This document shows, in pieces, positions 17,701 through 26,755 of a stretch of DNA of 64,000 nucleotides. Source of the DNA: Elusimicrobiota bacterium (GTDB lineage: Bacteria; Elusimicrobiota; Elusimicrobia; UBA1565; UBA9628); NCBI GenBank assembly GCA_027371715.1, contig DAHXMM010000005.1:133750-197749 (forward strand), read 5' to 3'. The notes beneath the pieces are model-generated. The model did not search any database and was not told where the DNA came from. It saw nothing but the letters and a program-made list of their open reading frames with translations. Numbering within the stretch: position 1 is the first letter of the stretch; each line of letters starts with the position of its first letter. Position numbers and translations under genes: made by a program.

Positions 17701-18273
17701 GTTGGAGCGATCAAGAACATAGATTTGATCGGAGGCGTCTACGGCGATTTTGTCGGGCCTAGACCATTCTCCGGGCAGATCGCCTTTTTTTCCAAACCAG
17801 AAGAGAAAGAGACCGTCGGGAGTAAAGACCTCAATTTTTCTATTTCCTCTGTCGGCGACGTAAATCCGGCCGTCGGCTCCGATGGAGATTGAGGAAGGAT
17901 CGTCAAATTGGCCGGCGCGAGATCCTGGAACTCCTAAGGAAAACAAAAATTTGCCGTCGCGGTCGTAGGCTCTGAGAAGCGAATTTCCCGTATCCGCAAC
18001 ATAAATCTTATTTGATGCGACGCCCAATCCTTCCGGATATCTTAAACGGGGGGCGCCTTTTGCGGGAAGAGAAGCGAGGGTTCCGTTTTTTCGATAAACG
18101 AGGAGGCGGCCTTTTTCGTCTAAGACGAAATATCGGCCAAGCCCGGCGCGGACGGCTATCGGTTTTTTTACCTCCAAGACGGAAAAAGACGGAAGAAAAT
18201 GGACCGTGTCATAGCCCCAGGAGGCGGTAGACAAAAGAGTGAAGGCATAGGCGAGAATGATTTTTGTTTTCAT
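14779..18273 (-). CDS. large exported multidomain protein: NHL-repeat beta-propellers, a transglutaminase-like Cys-protease core and TPR repeats
   Basis: Many repeats of the form F..P.GIA.D..G.IYVAD..N.RI (NHL). A Cys-His-Asp-type core in GQCDDLTTLFISMLDAANVRTAIIDYPGHMTFMFD. C-terminal TPR-like AAYNNLGNIAFLKHDDLKAASFYKKAAKNDP. Confidence 0.7.
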   Translation of the reverse strand: MKTKIILAYAFTLLSTASWGYDTVHFLPSFSVLEVKKPIAVRAGLGRYFVLDEKGRLLVYRKNGTLASLPAKGAPRLRYPEGLGVASNKIYVADTGNSLLRAYDRDGKFLFSLGVPGSRAGQFDDPSSISIGADGRIYVADRGNRKIEVFTPDGLFLFWFGKKGDLPGEWSRPDKIAVDASDQIYVLDRSNQRIEEFDPSAHFLRAIPFKGSDFAVDRYGFIYGISPAKGRVKEWGPDGAELGHFGSRGTGAGQFKRLRSIAIDQNGNLVILDSGKKTIDFVSVVNKFKVHPISPSATTKLFPSGPEAVWNYQANPILLSQSQTYLYLTKKGIFNVLNSSGNVLSQFGSKGKKEYQTEKATGLAFDPSLGLYVSDAAKHRIEHFVQNSTNSWKWDKNIAEPDGWFDGLSKEGRVRYPEGLALNNAGTLYIADPGNHRVDAYTPDGVYLFSIGPKLGNFQLEKPVSVSWDKAGFVYFLDKELKEVFKCGPSGEFISAWGQEGEEPGKFENPIAMAFDGENYIYVLDHELKRVSAFSTNGRWIMDFFSGSLIGDPVSLSVDKQLLLISDRAQHHILSFRIHPSLSAPLSISNTAKEGIVELSWKTVKNSWTKDYLVYRSDKRYEDFIQIGTTAKNHFTDSSAQTGHTYYYRLATEAKTGDIGTQSRAIKVIVGGTANRPEISISSVTLSPIFPANYKWYLKHPIGSATITNNSEAPFKDLKLTFQIKNYMDFGYDMRIKKLDPASSVAIPLIATLNNTILDVTQETPIQAKLTLTYFEKNRKKTISLSQPLTVYSRNAITWQDPRRIANFITPNDTPIFDFERAVLHQQDNFSANSALNSDVLTAMRLWEALGVYGMQYAENPTNSFEKNSIDPNFPVDYAQFPRETLRRKSGQCDDLTTLFISMLDAANVRTAIIDYPGHMTFMFDTHASSWTDAGFPKDTLVSYKGTYWVPVESTLIGKPFLDAVRNAAYAYNAETKKGDVHIIDVRKAWETYEPVTMPPTQWKAEAPNMETVDKFVKESSKAIFRAAYHSIRKRLKEKISEDPSLIDPRLALGIWEYEDGNIRTAKKSFESVLSISSTSAAAYNNLGNIAFLKHDDLKAASFYKKAAKNDPGNPDIWMNFLKAEIRLKNARKVSAAASQIKKLDPSYGPAVEILIKNFQEGNP

Positions 18274-18401
18274 GATAAAATGAGCATATCAATTTTTTGA
18301 CAGCTCTGGGACATTTCTTTGGCTAAAATGAGAGTGTAACAGACGGAGCCCGTTTTTTCAATAGAAAAATTTAAAAAATAAAATATGGTATTCTGTTTAA
18401 A

Positions 18402-19421
18402 ATGCGTTTCGCCAATTCCTTGCTTTTCCTATCCATGCTATTTTTCCCCTTGGTGGGAGTGGCGGCCGGGGAACCCGTAATCGCGTGGAAAAGCCCTCCT
18501 CTTCACTTTGAGGCCGTTGATTTTGCTGTCTCAAATTTTAACGGCGGAAAATCTTTGCAATTAGCGGTTGCATCTTCCCGAAAAATATTTCTCTACTCTT
18601 ACCCTGTTGTTTCCTCATCTCCTGTTTCGGTCTATTCTTTGCCTGAAAGCCAGTCTCGGGTTTTATCCTTGGAGACCTCGTCGTTGGGCGCGGACCCAAA
18701 ACCTAAACTCTTTGTGACTTATTACGATGGTTTATTGGGGCAGGTGGGAACCAGCATTTTGGAGTTTTCATCATCACGGAAAAGTTGGAAGCGGCTGGCT
18801 CAAATTCCGTATGTGGTTCGCGTAATTTCTGGCGCGGGAGCGGAGAATTTGTTTTGCCAGCAACTTTTAGACAATGATTCGTTTCCCATGTCCTTGATTT
18901 ATCCCTTGACTTATCAAAAAGGAGAATATTCCCCGGCCGACAAAAATGATGGACAAGTTTTATCACGTTGGCTTTATTCTCAAACTTTTTTGCGCGTCAA
19001 CGGTCAAAATTTGAGGGCCGCGATTGCCTCGGGAAATCGACTTGAGATCTCCTCCCAAAGACGGAGATGGGTGATTCCTGGTTCTTATGGCCAATCGTCT
19101 AACCGTTTGAGATGGCCCGCTTCCAGCTCTCATACGCTTGAGTTTTCGCCTCGAGTTATTTTTAAAAATAAGCTTTTGTTTGCGGTCAGAAATGATTCGA
19201 GATGGGGCATTCTTGCGGAATCGTTTGGAATCTTCGATCGCGGTAGAATTGTTTCATTGGTGTGGAGAAATGGGGAGTTTGAGAAGAATTGGGAAAAGCG
19301 GTTTCCGGGTTCCGTTTCTGATATTGGTTTTCTTTCTTCTTCCGGTTTCTCACCACCACAAATTGTCGCTCTGTGGGTAGGAGCTTCCAATAAGTCTCAT
19401 TTATGGGCCTTCAAACTTTAA
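18402..19421 (+). CDS. hypothetical exported protein
   Basis: Signal peptide MRFANSLLFLSMLFFPLVGVAAG. No motif recognised. Confidence 0.5.
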   Translation: MRFANSLLFLSMLFFPLVGVAAGEPVIAWKSPPLHFEAVDFAVSNFNGGKSLQLAVASSRKIFLYSYPVVSSSPVSVYSLPESQSRVLSLETSSLGADPKPKLFVTYYDGLLGQVGTSILEFSSSRKSWKRLAQIPYVVRVISGAGAENLFCQQLLDNDSFPMSLIYPLTYQKGEYSPADKNDGQVLSRWLYSQTFLRVNGQNLRAAIASGNRLEISSQRRRWVIPGSYGQSSNRLRWPASSSHTLEFSPRVIFKNKLLFAVRNDSRWGILAESFGIFDRGRIVSLVWRNGEFEKNWEKRFPGSVSDIGFLSSSGFSPPQIVALWVGASNKSHLWAFKL

Positions 19422-20356
19422 TTTTAATCAGCGCTTTTGGATTAAGGCTTCAGGCCGCCGTTCCACCGCTCCCGCCTCCCAGTTTTGGAGAGCCCCCTTT
19501 TGGAGTTTTGGTCTTAGAACAGGGTGATGCTCCGCAGTGGACGAAAACCGCGCGTCAAATTTCAACTGCTTTTATGGCGCGTTTTCCGGTTGCTTTCGCT
19601 TATGGTTTGGCGGATACCGATGAGATTCAAAATGGAATTAACGAGCTTGAGGCCCGTCGGGTCAAAAAAATTATCGTGGTGCCGCTCTTTTACTCTGCCT
19701 CAGCGAGCGTTATGAAAGAGGTTCGATATTTACTGGGGATTGGAAAAAATCCTTCTCAAAGTCTTTTTAAGACGGGGCAGGATTTGGCGGGACCTCCTCA
19801 AAAACGTCTCAAAATTAACGTGCCTGTCGTTTTAACGCCAACCCTTGATTTTTCCCCGGCATTTAAAAAGATTCTTTTGGGCCGAGCGCTTTCTTTGAGA
19901 GTAAACCGGAAGAATGAGAACTTGGTTCTTGTCTCGGAATCTCCTGGATCTCCTCAAGAATCGAAAGATTGGAAAGAAAGGTTAAGCCTTATCGCCGGCC
20001 AAATTCAAAAACGGGCGGGCTTTAAATCGTCCCGAGTATTTCTACTCAATGAAGGAAATAGTCAGGAGGAGACCGGAAAATCAGAAGAAGCGTTTAAGGA
20101 CGCCATTCGAAAAATCAGGTTGAGCGGTCCTGTTTTTGTTTTTTCGACGGAACTTGCCGATGATCTTTTGACCCAACGGCTTCACCATATTCTTTCGGAC
20201 ATTTTAGTTGGCTATAATGAAGAGACGCTTTTGCCGAACCCGCTGATTGTCCCTTGGGTCTTAAAATCTGCGGAGGATGGGGCGAAAATGGGCGATATGC
20301 GTAAATATAAGGAAAAGGGGAGTTCCAGTTTCATGAACTTCCCAAAAATTAGATAA
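19403..20356 (+). CDS. hypothetical exported protein
   Basis: Signal-like MGLQTLILISAFGLRLQAA. The segment VKKIIVVPLFYSASASVMKEV faintly recalls CbiX-type chelatase folds, but the expected His is not evident. Confidence 0.4.
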   Translation: MGLQTLILISAFGLRLQAAVPPLPPPSFGEPPFGVLVLEQGDAPQWTKTARQISTAFMARFPVAFAYGLADTDEIQNGINELEARRVKKIIVVPLFYSASASVMKEVRYLLGIGKNPSQSLFKTGQDLAGPPQKRLKINVPVVLTPTLDFSPAFKKILLGRALSLRVNRKNENLVLVSESPGSPQESKDWKERLSLIAGQIQKRAGFKSSRVFLLNEGNSQEETGKSEEAFKDAIRKIRLSGPVFVFSTELADDLLTQRLHHILSDILVGYNEETLLPNPLIVPWVLKSAEDGAKMGDMRKYKEKGSSSFMNFPKIR

Positions 20357-20365
20357 GGGGGCGCA

Positions 20366-21100
20366 ATGAGTATTCCTGATGGAGGAACGCCGGTTTTAGA
20401 TCGCGGTTTTGTTCGCTTGGTTGATTTCATGGGGGGAGATCTCGCGGTTGTCCAGTCGGCGCGGGTGTCTTATGCTTCCGATTCCAAGGGCGAGGAAGCG
20501 GACCGCAAACTCATCAATTATCTTCTAAAGCACGATCATATGACGCCTTTTGAACAGTCCGTGTTTAAGTTTCATGTCTCTTGTCCGATTTTTGTCATGC
20601 GACAGTGGATCCGGCATCGGATGGCCTCTTATAATGAAATTTCCGGGCGTTATACCGAGGTTAAGGATGAATTTTATATTCCAAAGGTTTGGCGTGGGCA
20701 AGACCTGAAAAATAAGCAAGGCTCCGCACCCGCGAACGTCCCTCATGAGGAGTTAACTCGATTGCTTGACGAACAGGTTCGGGCTTCTTATGAGGCGTAT
20801 CAAAAACTTCTAAAATTGGGTGCGGCCCGCGAAATGGCGAGGATGATTCTTCCGCTTAACGGTTACACGCAATTTTATTGGACGATTAACGCCCGGAGCT
20901 TGATGAATTTCGTCGCGCTCAGAGCGGACGCTCATGCCCAGTGGGAAATTCAAAAATATGCGGAGGCGGTTGCCGCTTTTTTTGAGAGTAAAATGCCCTG
21001 GACGTTTGCGGCTTTCTTGGGTCATGTTTGGAAAGGGGTCAACCCCGTTTTAGATGCCCGAAAAAAAGAGTTGAATGGAGAGCCGGTTTTGAAAGCATGA
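20366..21100 (+). CDS. thyX: FAD-dependent thymidylate synthase
   Basis: The ThyX signature RHRMASYNEISGRY (RHRxxSxxxxSxRY) is present and the length of 244 aa fits. Confidence 0.95.
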   Translation: MSIPDGGTPVLDRGFVRLVDFMGGDLAVVQSARVSYASDSKGEEADRKLINYLLKHDHMTPFEQSVFKFHVSCPIFVMRQWIRHRMASYNEISGRYTEVKDEFYIPKVWRGQDLKNKQGSAPANVPHEELTRLLDEQVRASYEAYQKLLKLGAAREMARMILPLNGYTQFYWTINARSLMNFVALRADAHAQWEIQKYAEAVAAFFESKMPWTFAAFLGHVWKGVNPVLDARKKELNGEPVLKA

Positions 21101-22119
21101 TTTGGCTGATTGGGTTGGCGTTTTTTTCTTCATCGCTTTTCGCTCAAGGCGTGGCCGTCGCTCGAATATCGGACATTTCCATTCCGGTTCAAGGTTCGAT
21201 TGTCTTCAAAAACCAGGAAAAGTTTAAGGCTCCCTTTGATGGACGGGTCGAGTTGGTAGATGTTCAAGATAAAACCTGGGTTAAGGCGGGTAAGCCCTTG
21301 GCTTATTTGGCGGATACGCAAACAGCTGCTCTTTTAAAATATAAAGGGATGACCCCCAATCAATTGCTTCTTAAGCGTTGGAAGTCAATGTACTCTCTGA
21401 GCGTGGTTTCTTGTCCCAAGGATTGCCTGATCCTTCACCACTTTGTTTCGGGAAATCAGCGCATTAAAACTCAGGATTCGCTCTTTAAAGTAGCTTATAA
21501 AATCGCCTTGGTGGGAAAAATTCCTGCTCAATACGCTGCTTATATCCGTAACGGGCAGGATTTGGTTTTTTGGTCCGTTTCCAACCCCGAGAAAAAAAAG
21601 AGAATCAAAATTCAAAATTATTCTTTGAATAAAGAAACGCCGCCGAGCGGAACCTTTGTGATTCCCATTCCCCTGAATTTCTATTCCCGGGATATTCGGT
21701 GGGCCGGGCGCATTACCTTGGCCCAAAGCGTTTTATCGGTTCCAACCTCCTCTTTGATTACCTACCAGGGAAAGGTTTTCTTGCCGATGGAGGTTGTTTC
21801 CGGGATTACGACTGACAAAATTACTGAAATAAAAGCTTCGGAGGCGTTATCCGAACACAGTCCGGTTTTAATTTTGAGCGACGCTCAAATCAATAAAGCT
21901 TTTCGATATAGTCCTCAACGCGCGCTATCCTTGCAACCGGAAATCTCGACTGCCACCGCGTCTGTTCACGCTTTTTCTCATGCTCAGCCCTCAAGTCAAA
22001 CCGTGATTCCAAAAAAACCCAAAGGTCCTTCTTTTTGGCAAAGACTCAAGGCCGTGAAGCCCCTGCCTTCTCGCGATCAACAACGAAAATCTAGTTCGGA
22101 TGAAAATTATGGCAATTGA
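21097..22119 (+). CDS. hypothetical exported protein
   Basis: ATG 21097 overlaps the thyX stop (ATGA) and gives MIWLIGLAFFSSSLFAQG. The N-terminal part (PFDGRVELVDVQDKTWVKAGKPLAYL) resembles a lipoyl/HlyD-type barrel-sandwich, which is weak evidence. Confidence 0.45.
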   Translation: MIWLIGLAFFSSSLFAQGVAVARISDISIPVQGSIVFKNQEKFKAPFDGRVELVDVQDKTWVKAGKPLAYLADTQTAALLKYKGMTPNQLLLKRWKSMYSLSVVSCPKDCLILHHFVSGNQRIKTQDSLFKVAYKIALVGKIPAQYAAYIRNGQDLVFWSVSNPEKKKRIKIQNYSLNKETPPSGTFVIPIPLNFYSRDIRWAGRITLAQSVLSVPTSSLITYQGKVFLPMEVVSGITTDKITEIKASEALSEHSPVLILSDAQINKAFRYSPQRALSLQPEISTATASVHAFSHAQPSSQTVIPKKPKGPSFWQRLKAVKPLPSRDQQRKSSSDENYGN

Positions 22120-23341
22120 ACCAACAAAGCGCGTTTTAGCTTTGATTCTGGCCGGAGGGCGGGGGGAAAGACTTTATCCGCTGACCGTCAGTCGGCCCAA
22201 GCCTTCCGTTCCCTTTGGCGGAAAACATCGGATCGTTGATTTCGTGCTGTCTAACTGCATTAACTCAGGCGTCCAATCTATTTACGTTTTAGTTCAATAC
22301 ATGTCTCAAAGTCTGATTGAGTATTTGCGTTCGAGTTGGCGAACCGTCGGGCTTACGCGCGATCAATTCATCGCCCTGGTTCCTCCTCAGATGCGCTTAG
22401 GACAAAACTGGTATCAGGGGACGGCCGATGCCGTGCGGCAAAATCTTAATTTAATTTATGATTTTGATCCGGATATCGTAGCTGTTTTCGGCTCAGATCA
22501 TATTTACCGGATGGACATCGGCCAGATGATTCATTTTCATTTAAAAAGAGAAGCCGATATCACGGTTTCGGCCATTCCCGTGCCCATTGAACGATCTCAA
22601 GGGTTTGGGATTATCGAGGCCGATGAAGAAGGGAAAATTTTGTCTTTTGTTGAGAAACCCAAGATCGCAAAACCCATGCCGACGGATCCCGCCCGCGCCT
22701 ATGCCTCAATGGGAAACTACTTATTTTCAACGGAGGCCTTGGTCTCGGTTCTTTCCGATAAAACCCTGGGCGCGGGGGCTGAATTTGATTTTGGGAAATC
22801 CATCCTTCCCGTTATTCACAAAAAAATGCGCACCTATGCGTATGATTTTGCTCTCAATATTCTTCCCGGCCTCAAATCCCATGAAGAAAAAGCGTATTGG
22901 CGCGACGTGGGGACGATTCAAAGTTTTTATCAGTCGCACATGGATATTTTAGGAGAATCTCCGCGTTTTGACTTGAATAATCATCGTTGGCCCATTCATT
23001 CGGAGCGGCATGACGGGCCTCCGGCTCGAATTTTAGACGGACGCCTGGTCAATTCCGTCATTGGAGACGGCTCCTTGATTGAGAAATCAAGCATCGCCAA
23101 TTCTATTTTAGGACGTGGGGTTGAAATTGAAGAAGGCGCGATTATTGAGGATTCCATTATCATGGATTTTTGCCGCATTGGGCGAGGAGCTCGTCTTAAA
23201 CGGGTGATTGTGGATCGGTTTAATACGGTGGCCAGCCAAGCCGCAATTGGATACGACCGCGAAGCAGACGCACGGAGTTATTTTGTTGATTCCTCGGGCC
23301 TTGTCGTCATTGCCCGCGGTAAAACCCCGGGAAGGATTTAG
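22100..23341 (+). CDS. glgC: glucose-1-phosphate adenylyltransferase
   Basis: LILAGGRGERLYPLTVSRPKPSVPFGGKHRIVDFVLSNCINSG, followed by a C-terminal left-handed beta-helix-like region. Confidence 0.9.
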   Translation: MKIMAIEPTKRVLALILAGGRGERLYPLTVSRPKPSVPFGGKHRIVDFVLSNCINSGVQSIYVLVQYMSQSLIEYLRSSWRTVGLTRDQFIALVPPQMRLGQNWYQGTADAVRQNLNLIYDFDPDIVAVFGSDHIYRMDIGQMIHFHLKREADITVSAIPVPIERSQGFGIIEADEEGKILSFVEKPKIAKPMPTDPARAYASMGNYLFSTEALVSVLSDKTLGAGAEFDFGKSILPVIHKKMRTYAYDFALNILPGLKSHEEKAYWRDVGTIQSFYQSHMDILGESPRFDLNNHRWPIHSERHDGPPARILDGRLVNSVIGDGSLIEKSSIANSILGRGVEIEEGAIIEDSIIMDFCRIGRGARLKRVIVDRFNTVASQAAIGYDREADARSYFVDSSGLVVIARGKTPGRI

Positions 23342-23348
23342 GCGGGCC

Positions 23349-23427
23349 GTCATTCCGGCGAAAGCCGGAATCCAGTAAGACGGATTCGTTCGGTCTGGAT
23401 TCCCCGCTTACGACCGCGGGGAATGAC
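23349..23427. repeat. pair of inverted REP-like palindromic units; the second may serve as the glgC terminator
   Basis: Unit 1, 23349-23375: GTCATTCCGGCGAAAGCCGGAATCCAG (8-bp stem, GAAA loop). Unit 2, 23395-23427: CTGGATTCCCCGC-TTACGACC-GCGGGGAATGAC (9-bp stem), in the opposite orientation and followed by TTTTT at 23430-23434. Confidence 0.7.
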
Positions 23428-23449
23428 GATTTTTGCGTGACGTGTTTAA

Positions 23450-24406
23450 ATGATTAAAAAGAAAATTCAGATTTTTTCGACGGAAGAAGCCGTCGGACTT
23501 TTAGGCGAGGCCGATTCCGTCTTGCGTGAAATGCAAAGCCATTACGGAGTTCAGCTTTTTTTACGCCAGGATTCGGACTCCAACGAATTGGTTCTATGGG
23601 TTAAGGGAAATTCGACGCGGGTAGAACGGGCCATGAAAAAAATCAAACAGAAATTGAGCGATTTGCGCGGCGAAACGGAAAGTGGCGGTTTCCCTGGTGG
23701 GTTTTCCCGCGAAAACATTCCTGATCACATGGGCGAACAAGAGGCTTACCAAACTTCTTTTGGGAAAAAGGTTTCTCCAAGGACGCCAAACCAGAAGCTT
23801 TACATTGAGGCCATCGAGAAACACGATTTGGTTTTTGGAATAGGCCCGGCTGGAACCGGAAAAACTTTCCTCGCTGTCGCTTGCGCTTTAAAAGCTCTAG
23901 ATTTGCGGCAAGTTCAGCGCGTGATTGTGACTCGTCCTGTGGTCGAGGCGGGGGAAAAACTGGGGTTTTTGCCGGGCGATCTTTTGGAGAAAGTAGATCC
24001 TTATTTGCGGCCAATTTATGATTCTTTTTATTCGCTGTTGGGGCCAGAGCGGTTTAGAATGTGGCGGGAGTCGGAAGTTTTGGAAATTGTTCCCCTAGCT
24101 TATATGCGCGGGCGTACGTTTGAGAATGCCTTTATTATTTTAGATGAGGCCCAAAATACAACTCCGGAACAAATGAAGATGTTTTTAACGCGTATGGGGC
24201 GGGGGTCTAAGGCGGTTGTAACGGGGGATGTGACACAAACCGATTTGGTTTCAATTAAGGCTTCGGGGTTGGTTCAAGTTTCTGAAATTCTTAAAAATGT
24301 CCAAGGAATTGTTTTTCATCATTTTACTCAGGAAGATGTCGTTCGCCATCCGCTCATCAAAAATATTCTAAGCGCTTATGAGAAATGGGAAAAACGCCGC
24401 GGATAA
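23450..24406 (+). CDS. phoH: PhoH-family ATPase
   Basis: Walker A GPAGTGKTFLAVACA, ILDEAQN, and the typical PhoH C-terminal region. Confidence 0.9.
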   Translation: MIKKKIQIFSTEEAVGLLGEADSVLREMQSHYGVQLFLRQDSDSNELVLWVKGNSTRVERAMKKIKQKLSDLRGETESGGFPGGFSRENIPDHMGEQEAYQTSFGKKVSPRTPNQKLYIEAIEKHDLVFGIGPAGTGKTFLAVACALKALDLRQVQRVIVTRPVVEAGEKLGFLPGDLLEKVDPYLRPIYDSFYSLLGPERFRMWRESEVLEIVPLAYMRGRTFENAFIILDEAQNTTPEQMKMFLTRMGRGSKAVVTGDVTQTDLVSIKASGLVQVSEILKNVQGIVFHHFTQEDVVRHPLIKNILSAYEKWEKRRG

Positions 24407-24826
24407 ATGGAAATGAAAATTTCCATATTTAAAACTTCTTTGATTTCCGATCCTGCCAGAAAGATTAATAAGTTTCGTCTGGCTGCGAAATGGGCCTTGG
24501 GTCAAGATTGGAAAAAAGACGGAAGCTTGAATATTGTTTTCATGGATTCCAAAGAGATGCGCGCTCTCAATAAAAAATTCTTGGGTCATGATTATGACAC
24601 CGACGTCATTTCTTTTCCCTACGATGAAAAGCCCGCTTTTGGAGACATTTTTGTTTCAGTGCCTCAAGCGAAGCGACAGGCTACTCAAATCGGACATTCT
24701 CTTCTTGCGGAAATTCTCACCTTGATTATCCACGGCGTTTTGCATCTGCGCGGATACCGCGACGATAAGCCCGCTCTTAAAAAGAAAATGTTTAAAGAGC
24801 AGGATAGGCTGTTGAAACTACTTTAA
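24407..24826 (+). CDS. ybeY: rRNA maturation endoribonuclease YbeY
   Basis: Zn-binding motif HGVLHLRGYRD (HxxxHxxxxxH) in a 139-aa protein, immediately after phoH as is usual. Confidence 0.9.
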   Translation: MEMKISIFKTSLISDPARKINKFRLAAKWALGQDWKKDGSLNIVFMDSKEMRALNKKFLGHDYDTDVISFPYDEKPAFGDIFVSVPQAKRQATQIGHSLLAEILTLIIHGVLHLRGYRDDKPALKKKMFKEQDRLLKLL

Positions 24827-25939
24827 CAGCGACTTGTGTTTGACGATGACGGCCTTTTCTCTCAGAGATTTGATGTATTGGTCCATGAGCTTGTGGCTTT
24901 CCACATCCATTAAAATTTCTTTGAGATAGTTTTTGAATTTGTCGAACTCCGGTTTTTCAGCGGCTTGGTGAGACTTGACGCGGATGATGTTATAACCCTC
25001 GTCGTTTAAAAGCGGAGCGCTGATTTGCCCAACCTCAAGGGAAAAAACGGCTTTGTCTAAAGCCGGAGGCAAGGCGCCTTTGGGGATAAAACCGATGTCT
25101 CCGCCATTGGGGGCGCTGTTGGGGTCCTCGGAATAAACCTTTGCGATTTCAGAAAAAGTGGATGTTCCGGTCATGAGCATAGCCTTATACTGATTGGCGT
25201 CTCTGAGCGCGCGGTTTTTTTCCGTTTGTGGATCGTTTGGAGAAACGCGAACTAAAATCCGGGCCAGTTGCACTCTTTCAGAGGTTGAGGACTTGACGCG
25301 ATCCGCGGCCATCATAAAATCTTGCGCGGCATAAGGCGACATTCCGACAGGAGGCTCGGTGCTTCCGGAATTAACGAAAAGAACGACTTTGTCAAAATAG
25401 GTCTGAATCTCCGGGGTTGAAGGTTGTTCGATTTTGGCTTTAACTTCCTGATCCAAAACTTTTTTGGCCATCACTTGTTTCTCGAGCCTTTTTCGGTATT
25501 GCTGATAGGTAAGCCCCATGGCTTTCAGCTGTTTATCAAAGGCGGCCTGGGCTTGCAAAGGCGTTAGGGGATTTCCATTCGCATCCGTGTTGAAGCGGGA
25601 TTTGATTTCCGCCATGGCCTTGTCAATATCGTCTTGGTGGATTTTGATTTTTAAATCTTTTCCGGCTTGATATAAAAGTTGTTGATCAATTAAATCGTCG
25701 AGGACTTTATTTTTAATCTGTTGGATAAAGGAAGGATCTCTCATGGCCATAGGATTAGTCTGCGCCATGTCGTTTAAGGTCGCGGCAAGTTCTTTTCGGT
25801 AGCGAGACAAAAATATCGGCGAGTTGTTTACGGTCGCGATGACGTCGTCAACCCGGGCGGCGGCTGCCGGCTTCATTAAAGCTAATGCGGTCATAAATCC
25901 TAAAACGGCGGTCCAAACTCGTCTATTTGAATTGTTCAT
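24818..25939 (-). CDS. SurA-like periplasmic chaperone / parvulin-type peptidyl-prolyl isomerase
   Basis: Signal peptide, a SurA-N-like helical region, and a PpiC-type block FSEIAKVYSEDPNSAPNGGDIGFIPKGALPPALDKAVFSLEVGQISAPL. Confidence 0.75.
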   Translation of the reverse strand: MNNSNRRVWTAVLGFMTALALMKPAAAARVDDVIATVNNSPIFLSRYRKELAATLNDMAQTNPMAMRDPSFIQQIKNKVLDDLIDQQLLYQAGKDLKIKIHQDDIDKAMAEIKSRFNTDANGNPLTPLQAQAAFDKQLKAMGLTYQQYRKRLEKQVMAKKVLDQEVKAKIEQPSTPEIQTYFDKVVLFVNSGSTEPPVGMSPYAAQDFMMAADRVKSSTSERVQLARILVRVSPNDPQTEKNRALRDANQYKAMLMTGTSTFSEIAKVYSEDPNSAPNGGDIGFIPKGALPPALDKAVFSLEVGQISAPLLNDEGYNIIRVKSHQAAEKPEFDKFKNYLKEILMDVESHKLMDQYIKSLREKAVIVKHKSLLK

Positions 25940-26741
25940 CGATGATCTCCACGGGGAATTTTTTCTGAAGGGACTGCAAATAGTCGTCTAGTTTGCGTTT
26001 TTCGAGGATGCGGATAAAACGAGCCTTGTCTTTTTCGAAAGAAACCTTGCGTTGAGAATCTTTTCGAATCACATGATATCCAAATTTGGTCTTAATGGGG
26101 CCGCTGAGTTCGCCGACTCTCATCTGAAAAATAAGATCTTGAAGCTCGGGGATAATTTCTCCATAAAGGGCCGCTGGCATTTTTCCGCCCTTCATGGCCG
26201 ATTCGCTGTCGAGAGAATACTCGCGGGCTAATTTCGCGAAATTGGCGCCCCGGCGCACGCGCTTAAGGAGGGTTTCCGCTTCTTTAGGGGATGAAACCAA
26301 AATCTGGCTGAATATGACTTCGTAGGGGTGGAGTTTCCAGTAGGCTCTCGCTTTATTCTCGCTGATCGAGGTTATTTTCTTGTTTTTTAGGTTTTCTTCC
26401 CAATCTTGGATTAAGAGATATTTCAAGGCTTCATGGAGGCGGAGTTTTTCTTCTTGCTTTATTTTAGAGGCTTCTTGAAGGTATTCAGGAGACCGCGAGA
26501 CTTGTGATGCTTGGGCGGCGGCAAGCTCCAGTTTATCGCGGATGAGAATATCCAGAAATTGCCTTCGCCCATTGGGGGTCATCACGTAATTCTGATATCC
26601 TGGGTCTACTTCGCTGAGGGCTTTCTGAAAGTCGGCTTGCGTGATGGAGAGAGGCCCGACCTTGGCGATGAGGGCTTCTTTCTTTCCGCAAGCGGAGAGA
26701 GAAAATACCACAAGGCCCAAGATAAAAACTCTTCGTATCAT
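25923..26741 (-). CDS. parvulin-type peptidyl-prolyl isomerase lipoprotein
   Basis: Lipobox LSAC. PpiC block FAKLAREYSLDSESAMKGGKMP...ELSGPIKTKFGYHVIR. Confidence 0.75.
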   Translation of the reverse strand: MIRRVFILGLVVFSLSACGKKEALIAKVGPLSITQADFQKALSEVDPGYQNYVMTPNGRRQFLDILIRDKLELAAAQASQVSRSPEYLQEASKIKQEEKLRLHEALKYLLIQDWEENLKNKKITSISENKARAYWKLHPYEVIFSQILVSSPKEAETLLKRVRRGANFAKLAREYSLDSESAMKGGKMPAALYGEIIPELQDLIFQMRVGELSGPIKTKFGYHVIRKDSQRKVSFEKDKARFIRILEKRKLDDYLQSLQKKFPVEIIDEQFK

Positions 26742-26755
26742 TAACGCCTATCCTA

